From the NCBI GenBank assembly GCA_016840425.1, contig JAEOSI010000130.1:1-6527 (forward strand): 6,527 bases of DNA, given 5' to 3'. The notes beneath the pieces were generated by a model. It made no database searches and was not told the DNA's origin. It saw only the letters and a program-made list of their open reading frames with translations. The stretch is from Candidatus Wukongarchaeum yapensis (GTDB lineage: Archaea > Asgardarchaeota > Wukongarchaeia > Wukongarchaeales > Wukongarchaeaceae). Shown one piece after another: positions 1-6,527 of the stretch. Position numbers and translations under genes: made by a program. How positions within the stretch are numbered: position 1 is the stretch's first letter; every line of letters starts with the position of its first letter.

Positions 1-23
1 GGTTTGTTAAGGTTGAAGGAATC

Positions 24-590
24 TTGATATTAGAGACCAAGCTTGAAGAAGTAACGGTAAGATGGGGGAAACTTCGTACATTTTTATTGCACACTATCAG
101 CCTTATTTTAATAGTTTTTCCTGCTTATGCTATTTTCATAACACTGGAGGAAATTTCTCCTCCTAACGGATTTTTGGACCTATTTTTCATTTATGGGGCT
201 ATTTTGTGCATAATGCTTTTTCCGATACAGTTAGGTTTGCAGTTCGGCGCCCTATCTTTAAGGGAGACGCCCCCGCTACTGCTTGCCTACTATTTTCAAC
301 ATGAAGCGAAGTTGCCTCATGAAATCCTTGACCCTATAAAAAGCCGTATTGGAGCAGTTTCCCTCCTTGGACTTTTGCTTGGGGGTTATGTAGCTTGGCC
401 TCTTTATACGATTCTTGGTATGGTGATTGTTTTTGTTCATTTCTGGCGAGGAGATCCTTCACCTTTAGAGATAGAGCAGATCATTAGACGGTTTTTAAAA
501 GCTATTCCCCCTGTCTTTTTAGCATACCTGTTTTTTACCGCTTTTGCCATAGCTTTTATACAGTGGGGTAGAGGAAAGATTAAGAGATAG
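24..590 (+). CDS. Hypothetical integral membrane protein (~4 TM helices); possibly 5'-truncated by the window
   Basis: 188-aa ORF with four hydrophobic segments (TFLLHTISLILIVFPAYAIFITL; FLDLFFIYGAILCIMLFPIQLGL; IGAVSLLGLLLGGYVAWPLYTILGMVIVFVHFW; PPVFLAYLFFTAFAIAFIQW) and a basic tail. The frame is open back to position 3, so the TTG at 24 may not be the true start. Ends TAG 588-590. No family recognised. Confidence 0.75.
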   Translation: MILETKLEEVTVRWGKLRTFLLHTISLILIVFPAYAIFITLEEISPPNGFLDLFFIYGAILCIMLFPIQLGLQFGALSLRETPPLLLAYYFQHEAKLPHEILDPIKSRIGAVSLLGLLLGGYVAWPLYTILGMVIVFVHFWRGDPSPLEIEQIIRRFLKAIPPVFLAYLFFTAFAIAFIQWGRGKIKR

Positions 591-608
591 AAAAAGGACG
601 AGTTTAGA

Positions 609-1493
609 ATGGTTGTCAATAAACTGTATTTTAAGGCCGGCGAAATCGCCTCTAAAGCCTTAAAAGAAGGTATAAAACTTGTAAAGCCTGGGGCAAGCTT
701 GCTTTCAATTTGTGAAACTATAGAAAACCGTATACTAAACCTTGGAGGACGATGCGCTTTTCCTGCTAACATAAGCGTCAACCAGATAGCTGCCCACTAC
801 ACCTCCCCTCCAGAAGACACCGCGAAAATTCCTGAAAAAGGCGTGGTAAAAGTCGATTGTGGAGCACACGTAGACGGCTACCTCTCAGATACTGCTAAAT
901 CAGTTGCCCTCAACCCAGAATACGAGCCTCTAGTAGAAACGGCTGAAAAGGCTTTAAATTCCGCGATTAAATGGGTTAGAAGTGGAGTAAAAATATCAAA
1001 AATCTCCGCAGTAATAGCGCAAACCATAAAAAAACAGGACTTTAAACCGGTAGAGAACCTTACCGGTCACGAAATGAAAAGGTGGAATCTTCACGCAGGC
1101 CTCTCAATCCCTAACATACCTTCCCTATCCACCAACACAAAATTAAGAGAAAATATGGTCATCGCCATCGAACCCTTCGTAACCACTAAAAAAGGCAGAG
1201 GAAGGGTAGAAGCAGGCAAAAACGCTTACATCTACAAAGTAGATAATAAGAGGAGAAGAGATCCGTCGGTAAAAAATTTTGTAGAAAAATACAAGACATT
1301 GCCTTTTGCTTCAAGATGGGTTGTGAAAGATTTTGGAAAACCCGCCCTAAACGAGGTTAAAAAACTTGTTGAAAAAGGAGTCCTAATTTCATACCCTGTC
1401 TTAAAAGAGATAGGCAGGGGGATAGTAGCCCAAGCAGAACACACATTAGTTATTGATAAAAACAAAGCTTTGGTAACCACTAAAAGAACATAA
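609..1493 (+). CDS. map: Methionine aminopeptidase, type II (archaeal)
   Basis: 294 aa with MetAP motifs FPANISVNQIAAHYT, VKVDCGAHVDGYLSDTA (two metal-binding Asp), NLTGH, AIEPFVT and AQAEHTLVI, plus the type II helical insertion between the EPF and EHT motifs. ATG start with purine-rich AAGGACGAG upstream. Confidence 0.97.
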   Translation: MVVNKLYFKAGEIASKALKEGIKLVKPGASLLSICETIENRILNLGGRCAFPANISVNQIAAHYTSPPEDTAKIPEKGVVKVDCGAHVDGYLSDTAKSVALNPEYEPLVETAEKALNSAIKWVRSGVKISKISAVIAQTIKKQDFKPVENLTGHEMKRWNLHAGLSIPNIPSLSTNTKLRENMVIAIEPFVTTKKGRGRVEAGKNAYIYKVDNKRRRDPSVKNFVEKYKTLPFASRWVVKDFGKPALNEVKKLVEKGVLISYPVLKEIGRGIVAQAEHTLVIDKNKALVTTKRT

Positions 1494-1538
1494 CAAAAAA
1501 ACCTAAAAAATCAGAAAAATAAAACAAAAACTCCTTAC

Positions 1539-3680
1539 TTGCCTTTTGGGGCTGTGTCATTTTTGAACGAAAATATCCTCCTTGAGCACATGCACGGATA
1601 CCAGCCGCGTCGCATAGTCGACGCTTTTTTAGGGGTTGAGCGGGAGAATCTCAGCGAAAAAGAATTGAACCTTACAAAATATGTGAGGGATAAAGCTGTA
1701 AACGGTCCTAACTGGTTTGAAATAGTTTTAAAACCTGGATCAGTCTATGATGAGATCATAAACTTGTTACCTGAAAGATCCTTAAACGTTGAACCTATAA
1801 CCCTTAAAGCCCTTCAAGAGCTCAATTCCCCCGTTTTTAATCGCCTTCTTAAGCTCATTCTCAATAATGAAGCTACAATTGCTTGTACTACTTATTCTCA
1901 TCCAATAATGCCTGTAGCGATTTCACAATCACCTTTTGACGTTTACATAAATCTTTCTTGGAGCATTGATTTTTACTTTGAGCTTTTCTGGAAAAAATTA
2001 TGGGAAAAAGAACAAATCTTTCCCCTAATTTTTTTCTGGTTGCCTGAATGCGCTGTAAACTCAGAAACAATCAACTTAATAGTAGACACTATAAGGAAAA
2101 AAACTATAGAATGGGGATGGGAAAAAGAAGTTTTCATAATCTTCATACTAGATGAATACCAGGTCGAAAATAATTATAGAAGCGGAATCTACAAACTACA
2201 TAGTGAGCAAATCCCATCTGAAATTTACCCTTTCGTCCTATTAAGGGATCATGCTTTTTCAGATGCTATATCTTTTTCCAGCAATTTAGGCGTAATAATC
2301 CATGCTTTAAAAATGGCTATATCTACCGGAATGGATCTTGTGGTGACTGCTTCTGATGCCGAAAACTTTGGAGGAAACTACGATCCTTGGAAACCGGTAC
2401 TCTTTGAAGAACTTAGTGAAAGGATGATAAACACTACTTTAAGCGATATAGCCACTATTGTGAGAAGGCTTCAAGCCTCCGAAGCGTTCCTAGAATACAA
2501 ATTCTGGGGTCGATTAGAGAACCTGTCAGAAGCAAAAATTTTTGAAAACTCTGCCTGGTCAGATTTTGGACACTGGTCTATTCTTAGCGAAGATGGTGGC
2601 TTCATAGTTTCCAGAAGAGTAGGCGGATTAATGAGGTGGACCGGTAAAGTAAGAGCAAAGTCAGGAAAAACTTTAGAAGAGACATACTTTCTGATCCATG
2701 AACGATTTAATCCATACGAACCCAGACGTGAACTAAGATTAACTAACTCCATATGGAAGATCGCTTTTAATCACATCTCAGCAGAAGTAAGGAAGTTTAT
2801 CAGTTTTCACGTTTGCGAATTCATAAAAAATCTCCTTAAAAACGAATATGCCACAGAAAATGTCCTTAAAAAATATTGGAAAGTTGCCTTAAAGATAGAA
2901 AATGAAGAAGATTTTCTCAAAAATCTTGAAGATGAAGAAATAATACGCCCTCTCTCTGAAGAGGAAAGAGAGGCCTTTAAAAGAGGATTGAGAGCCTATA
3001 AAATGGCCTCCCAAGACTCCTGTATAAGCTGCCCTACCTTTTGGAGCGATGTCGAAACAGAACTAACATGGACATCTCTCGCCCTATCTGCGGCAGGAAT
3101 GGTGGAACTTTCATGGATGTTTAAGCTTTTAAATGAAGAAGATCTCCTCAAAAAATCGATTTCAAAATACTCTCAACTTTTTTTAGAGCTTGGAGAAAAC
3201 AGCTATTGGAAAGAGTTTACACTCCGCCACAAAATGCCTCTAGATCTCCTCCTATCAATTCTTAAAAAAAGGGCAGCAAAAAGAGGCTACTCTCTTGAAG
3301 ACGAAATCCAAGAGATCATACATGCAGAAGATGTGCTGCAAGAGAAAGACCTCAAAAAAAGAGCCGTACAAATGGCGGAAAAATTGTTTAAAGCAGCCCT
3401 TGACTGGAGGGAAAATCTTCGCGAAGAAGACGTAAACCCCTACATAATACTTGTCGAAATATTTCGCGCTTTTGGAGATTATAAAAAAGCAGGCGAATAT
3501 ATAGACCAAGCAATATGGTATGAATGGGAAAAAAGCATAGCCCCCCTCTTTAAAAAAACAAAAAACATTTTCCAAAGAGTAGGCCTCCTCCACGCAAAAC
3601 ATCTACCCTCCTATTTTGAAAAAATAAAAAAAGTAGGAGAAAAAGAAGAAGAAAAAGTAGACATACGCACAGGCTGGTAA
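1539..3680 (+). CDS. Glycoside hydrolase family 57, probably of the maltose-forming (PF0870-like) amylase subgroup, cytoplasmic
   Basis: GH57 conserved regions in the expected order: HMHGYQP (1587-1607), TTYSHPIMP, FWLPE (putative nucleophile Glu170, codon 2046-2048), FILDEYQ, RDHAFSDAISF, ASDAEN (putative acid/base Asp273, codon 2355-2357), SAWSD, then MRWTG, IWKIAF and SCPTFW. No signal peptide. The true start may be the TTG at 1563, 8 nt after GGGGCTG. Confidence 0.88.
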   Translation: MPFGAVSFLNENILLEHMHGYQPRRIVDAFLGVERENLSEKELNLTKYVRDKAVNGPNWFEIVLKPGSVYDEIINLLPERSLNVEPITLKALQELNSPVFNRLLKLILNNEATIACTTYSHPIMPVAISQSPFDVYINLSWSIDFYFELFWKKLWEKEQIFPLIFFWLPECAVNSETINLIVDTIRKKTIEWGWEKEVFIIFILDEYQVENNYRSGIYKLHSEQIPSEIYPFVLLRDHAFSDAISFSSNLGVIIHALKMAISTGMDLVVTASDAENFGGNYDPWKPVLFEELSERMINTTLSDIATIVRRLQASEAFLEYKFWGRLENLSEAKIFENSAWSDFGHWSILSEDGGFIVSRRVGGLMRWTGKVRAKSGKTLEETYFLIHERFNPYEPRRELRLTNSIWKIAFNHISAEVRKFISFHVCEFIKNLLKNEYATENVLKKYWKVALKIENEEDFLKNLEDEEIIRPLSEEEREAFKRGLRAYKMASQDSCISCPTFWSDVETELTWTSLALSAAGMVELSWMFKLLNEEDLLKKSISKYSQLFLELGENSYWKEFTLRHKMPLDLLLSILKKRAAKRGYSLEDEIQEIIHAEDVLQEKDLKKRAVQMAEKLFKAALDWRENLREEDVNPYIILVEIFRAFGDYKKAGEYIDQAIWYEWEKSIAPLFKKTKNIFQRVGLLHAKHLPSYFEKIKKVGEKEEEKVDIRTGW

Positions 3681-3748
3681 TATTCTAACACTTTCCCCCA
3701 TCCCTCCTCCTATATAATGGAAAACTTAATCTTTTTAGTTATAATTTT

Positions 3749-3895
3749 CTATTTCCTTTCTCTGAGTCTTTTTATAAGTTCATTAGCCTTCCTTACTTGT
3801 TTTTCAGCCCGTTTAGACATCTCTAAAATAAACTTTTTATGCTCTTTATCAATAGCCTGTGACGTTTTATCTCCTAATCCTTTTGGATAACTCAA
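3749..3895 (-). CDS. Small basic helical protein, 48 aa (not in ORF track): MSYPKGLGDKTSQAIDKEHKKFILEMSKRAEKQVRKANELIKRLRERK
   Basis: TTG at 3895-3893 lies 5 nt downstream of a perfect SD (AAGGAGGTGA, 3910-3901). 48 sense codons end at TAG 3751-3749. It fills an otherwise empty intergenic gap. Confidence 0.75.
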   Translation of the reverse strand: MSYPKGLGDKTSQAIDKEHKKFILEMSKRAEKQVRKANELIKRLRERK

Positions 3896-3900
3896 ACAAG

Positions 3901-3910
3901 TCACCTCCTT
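3901..3910 (-). promoter_or_regulatory. Shine-Dalgarno sequence AAGGAGGTGA for the 48-aa ORF
   Basis: The + strand reads TCACCTCCTT, a 10-nt match to the canonical 16S anti-SD, at canonical spacing from the TTG. Confidence 0.8.
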
Positions 3911-3940
3911 ATTATCTAACCTGCAATTACACTAGTAATC

Positions 3941-3948
3941 ATATAAAA
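3941..3948 (-). promoter_or_regulatory. Candidate archaeal TATA box (TTTTATAT) for the 48-aa ORF
   Basis: Lies ~31 nt upstream of the SD, which would put a TSS near 3915-3920. No convincing purine-rich BRE, and the region is AT-rich, so a chance match is possible. Confidence 0.35.
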
Positions 3949-4170
3949 CAAATAGCGCTTGATTAGGTTAAAAAGATTCTGGTAATTCTTTGCTCAAAAA
4001 CTTCTATTTACTAATAGTCTTTTCCATTCATAATATCATAATTTATAGTTTCCTATCTTCGATAAATAATAAATATCTTTTCGGTATATATTCATAATAA
4101 TTACATAATGTTTCCTTAGGGGGATAATTTTAGGTTTTGGAAACAGGAAAAATATGAAGGGATTAATTTT

Positions 4171-5064
4171 TTGAAAAAAGAAATCATTTTGCCTCCAAAA
4201 GTACTAGTTGATGTGACTAGGGAGATTACAGATACCATTTTATATGGTAGTCCTGACCCTAATAATCAAAACGCTCAAATTCAAAAACTAATAGGTGTTA
4301 GGCCAAATACCAAAAATGCGCGTTGCGAGCGTAGGATTGAAGATATTCTTTTTACGGATAGAAATACTTATACTGAATGGTTAAAATCTGTTGGAAGTTT
4401 TGATTCTGAAGTTTTTAGTCAAATACTGGAAGAAACAATGTTTGAAGTGCTAAATTTCGAATTCGGGAAAAAAATTGCAAACGAAATAATAAACCACTTA
4501 TTACCCCCGGTGAAAACCCTTTATTTTTTGAACGATGATGTTTTTACAAACTATATTTATGACAAATACGTGAAACTAACACCTTATCCCAACGAATACT
4601 GGCAAAAAATCTCGCGAAATCTCTTAGAATTTTGGAAAAATATAGAGAAAAACCAGTCCCAATATCCAAAAAAAGCTTTACAAGTCAGTGGTCCTACCCA
4701 CTTTTCTCTATGGTTACATGAAAACATATTCAAGGGAAAAGTTTTCCGATCTATTAACTGGGAATCTTTAAGGTATGATGAATGTGGAAATTTCTATAAA
4801 AAACACCCCCAAGGGCTCCCTATATGGAACCCCTATTATCCATACCCTCTAGCAAATAATATCTGGGGTAAAATGAAACAAGACATTCGCGGGATTTTAA
4901 TCGTTTATAAGCTGGAAGTTATCGCTATAAAATTTCCGAAAAAATTTGAAAAATCTCGGGGGTATATAACGTTTAAAGAACTAGAAAAACGCCCATCTCT
5001 CGAAGAAATAATTCTAATGAACCAAAATAACCTAGAACCTTACATACCTAGCGAGTTTCTCTAA
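4171..5064 (+). CDS. Hypothetical protein, 297 aa; C-terminal third has a pattern reminiscent of an ADP-ribosyltransferase fold
   Basis: Long ORF, TTG start ~8 nt after GAAGGGA, TAA stop. No family recognised with certainty; the ART-like reading is inference only. Confidence 0.8.
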   Translation: MKKEIILPPKVLVDVTREITDTILYGSPDPNNQNAQIQKLIGVRPNTKNARCERRIEDILFTDRNTYTEWLKSVGSFDSEVFSQILEETMFEVLNFEFGKKIANEIINHLLPPVKTLYFLNDDVFTNYIYDKYVKLTPYPNEYWQKISRNLLEFWKNIEKNQSQYPKKALQVSGPTHFSLWLHENIFKGKVFRSINWESLRYDECGNFYKKHPQGLPIWNPYYPYPLANNIWGKMKQDIRGILIVYKLEVIAIKFPKKFEKSRGYITFKELEKRPSLEEIILMNQNNLEPYIPSEFL

Positions 5065-5103
5065 TGTGAACATTAATAAACAGCAAAAACGTTTAGCTTC
5101 TCC

Positions 5104-5111
5104 TATAAAAA
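5104..5111 (+). promoter_or_regulatory. Candidate TATA box (TATAAAAA) for the 307-aa gene, short-leader or leaderless transcript
   Basis: 33-40 nt upstream of ATG 5144, which has no SD. Weak evidence in AT-rich DNA. Confidence 0.25.
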
Positions 5112-5143
5112 AATAGAAAAAAATTTCAAGGTCTTGTCTTTAA

Positions 5144-6067
5144 ATGAGTTTTTTCCAAGATAAACTTCGAAAATCTCCCTCGAAATTAAGTGAAAATCAA
5201 GAACTCCTTTTAGAACGAATAAAGTCGCGGGAAAAACGCGTTCAAGAAGCAAAAAACACCCTATCAAACGTTTTTGAAAACTTCAAAAAAGAAAAAAAGA
5301 AAGAGATTACCGAAATCAGCGGGCCTTTTAAAGTAAACGAAGTAGATCACTATATTCTTGTCGCTTTTAAACGGAAGTTTTTAGGCAGAAAGGGAAATCT
5401 AACCCGTATAGAAATGGTAAAAAATGATGGCGAGATAGTGAAGGAGGAGGAAACCGCAAAAAAAATCTTCTTAACAAGCCTTTTCCAAGCTCTTATACAA
5501 AATTTTCCCGTCCACATGATAATTCGCGATGAACTTAACAAAGACTTATTTTTCATTAAAAAATTCTCATCACTGATTGAAAATGGTCATCTCACAATAC
5601 AAATGGGGCAAGAAATTCTCAATATCACATTAAGCAATGAACTTTTAAATCCTGAAGAAGAAAAACAGTTTATGGTTGAAACCTGTAAAAACTTTCACTC
5701 TTCTGTTGATAACCTACTATCTTCCATTGCAGAATATTCAGAAGTTATAGAGAAACTTTCAGACTTAGAGATAAATATTCTAAGCGATCCTTCCAACGAA
5801 GATATCAACAAGTGGTTGAAATTAAAAGAAGAACAAATTTCAATGGTAGAAAACCTAGAAAAAAATAGAAACGATTATATCTCCTCATCAAAGAAGGTTT
5901 TAGAAAAAATTTCCACCTCAGAAAATATACATCTAATAAACAAAATCTTTGAAAATTCAAAATCCTTCCTAGACCAGGTTGAAAATGCTTCCCATGAACT
6001 ATCAAATTTCATAATACAAATAAATCAAGTGGTTGAAAATGCTCTTATGCCTTTATGGCAAAGATAA
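5144..6067 (+). CDS. Hypothetical coiled-coil-rich protein, 307 aa
   Basis: ATG to TAA. An N-terminal charged helix, a short beta-rich segment (FKVNEVDHYILVAFKRKFLGRKGNLTRIEMVKNDGEIV) and long E/K/N/S/L/I-rich amphipathic helices C-terminally. No family recognised. Confidence 0.8.
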   Translation: MSFFQDKLRKSPSKLSENQELLLERIKSREKRVQEAKNTLSNVFENFKKEKKKEITEISGPFKVNEVDHYILVAFKRKFLGRKGNLTRIEMVKNDGEIVKEEETAKKIFLTSLFQALIQNFPVHMIIRDELNKDLFFIKKFSSLIENGHLTIQMGQEILNITLSNELLNPEEEKQFMVETCKNFHSSVDNLLSSIAEYSEVIEKLSDLEINILSDPSNEDINKWLKLKEEQISMVENLEKNRNDYISSSKKVLEKISTSENIHLINKIFENSKSFLDQVENASHELSNFIIQINQVVENALMPLWQR

Positions 6068-6082
6068 AAATTTAACCATTTT

Positions 6083-6526
6083 CTAAGATGTTTTTCTTTT
6101 CCATCCGTATTTTATTTCATCAAATAGAGGAAAGTTAGAAATTTTGGCTGTATATCCTTTTTCCCTTATTAAAATCGCTATTTCCGTTCCTTCTTCTGCA
6201 TATTGAGGTTTAACATAAGCCATACCAGCCCCCCGCTTTACTGTAGGACCAAAAATACCGCTAGTAACCTCCCCAACAACCTTTTCATCCTTTTTTATTT
6301 TCTATCCTTGTCTAGGGTTTGGTCCCTTTTTTTCCATGATAAAACCTATACGAGTTTGTTGAATTGGTTCCTTCTTTTTCCTCTCTAACGTTACTTTTCC
6401 CACAAACCATTCTTTATCCATGGAAACAAAAACAGGAACATCTAAACGCGCTTCTATTGGTGTAGTTTTTTCATCAATATCAGTACCATAAAGCACAAGA
6501 CCTGCTTCAAGCCTAAGGGTATCCCT
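6083..6526 (-). CDS. gcvT: Glycine cleavage system T protein (aminomethyltransferase), 3' part; 5'-truncated by window, with in-frame TAG at 6304-6302
   Basis: Translation RDTLRLEAGLVLYGTDIDEKTTPIEA...FVGK...RIGFIMEKKGPNPRQG*KIKKDEKVVGEVTSGIFGPTVKRGAGMAYVKPQYAEEGTEIAILIREKGYTAKISNFPLFDEIKYGWKRKTS*. It contains the GcvT signature RDTLRLEAG and the C-terminal-domain motifs GEVTSG, F-x-PT and MAYV. Terminal TAG at 6085-6083. Whether the gene is functional depends on the internal TAG. Confidence 0.93.
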
Positions 6527-6527
6527 A

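Noticed and set aside
1494-1530. Strongly A-rich spacer between map and GH57 (a T-tract on the - strand)
   Set aside because: It could act only as a minus-strand terminator, and no minus-strand gene is supported there. There is no repeat unit; treated as a low-complexity spacer. map and GH57 share a frame but are separated by TAA.
1494-1562. Search for a Thermococcales glycolytic motif (TATCAC-N5-GTGATA, TrmBL1/Tgr site) upstream of the GH57 gene
   Set aside because: No such motif is visible.
437-3602. Alternative-frame and antisense ORFs from the track: 437-781(-), 1232-1480(-), 1888-2070(+), 2471-2752(-), 3255-3602(-)
   Set aside because: All overlap well-supported genes, mostly entirely, show no recognisable motifs, and look like shadow ORFs.
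3603-3710. Minus-strand GGAGGAGGG-ATG (ATG 3701) opening a 32-aa Phe-rich ORF whose TAG is followed in frame by the 3602-3255 ORF
   Set aside because: It is in-register antisense to the Lys/Glu-rich end of GH57, which explains the Phe run and the open frame. The SD-like tract is probably just a pyrimidine-rich + strand spacer.
4154-4174. Mini-ORF ATG AAG GGA TTA ATT TTT TGA overlapping the TTG start across a T6 run; one extra T would fuse it to the 297-aa ORF
   Set aside because: There is no canonical -1 slippery heptamer, and the TTG at 4171 already has an SD-like motif. A homopolymer indel cannot be excluded without reads.
5350-6388. Track ORFs 5350-5556(-), 5805-6005(-), 6203-6388(+), and 6302-6496(-) treated as a stand-alone 64-aa gene
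   Set aside because: The first three are antisense shadows. The last is only an internal piece of gcvT, cut off by the window edge and the internal TAG.
1-6527. CRISPR array, tRNA/rRNA, IS element or terminal repeats
   Set aside because: No regularly spaced repeats, cloverleaf-like segment, transposase or integrase motifs were seen by eye. The intergenic spaces are short or accounted for.

Overview
Archaeal genomic window, judged from a type II MetAP, an AAGGAGGTGA Shine-Dalgarno, a Thermococcales-like GH57 and an archaeal-style GcvT C-terminus. The + strand carries a 4-TM membrane protein, methionine aminopeptidase (map) and a 713-aa GH57 glycoside hydrolase resembling the maltose-forming amylase subgroup. 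An AT-rich block of unknown genes follows (about 3700-6070): an unannotated 48-aa ORF on the - strand with a perfect SD, divergent from a 297-aa protein with a possible ADP-ribosyltransferase-like C-terminus and a 307-aa coiled-coil-rich protein. The window ends in the 3' part of gcvT (- strand). Its reading frame is interrupted by a single in-frame TAG at the normally Tyr position of the PRxGY motif and continues intact for 72 more GcvT-like codons. This could be amber readthrough/pyrrolysine, a recent nonsense mutation, or a base-call error. No RNA genes, CRISPR arrays or transposases were recognised.
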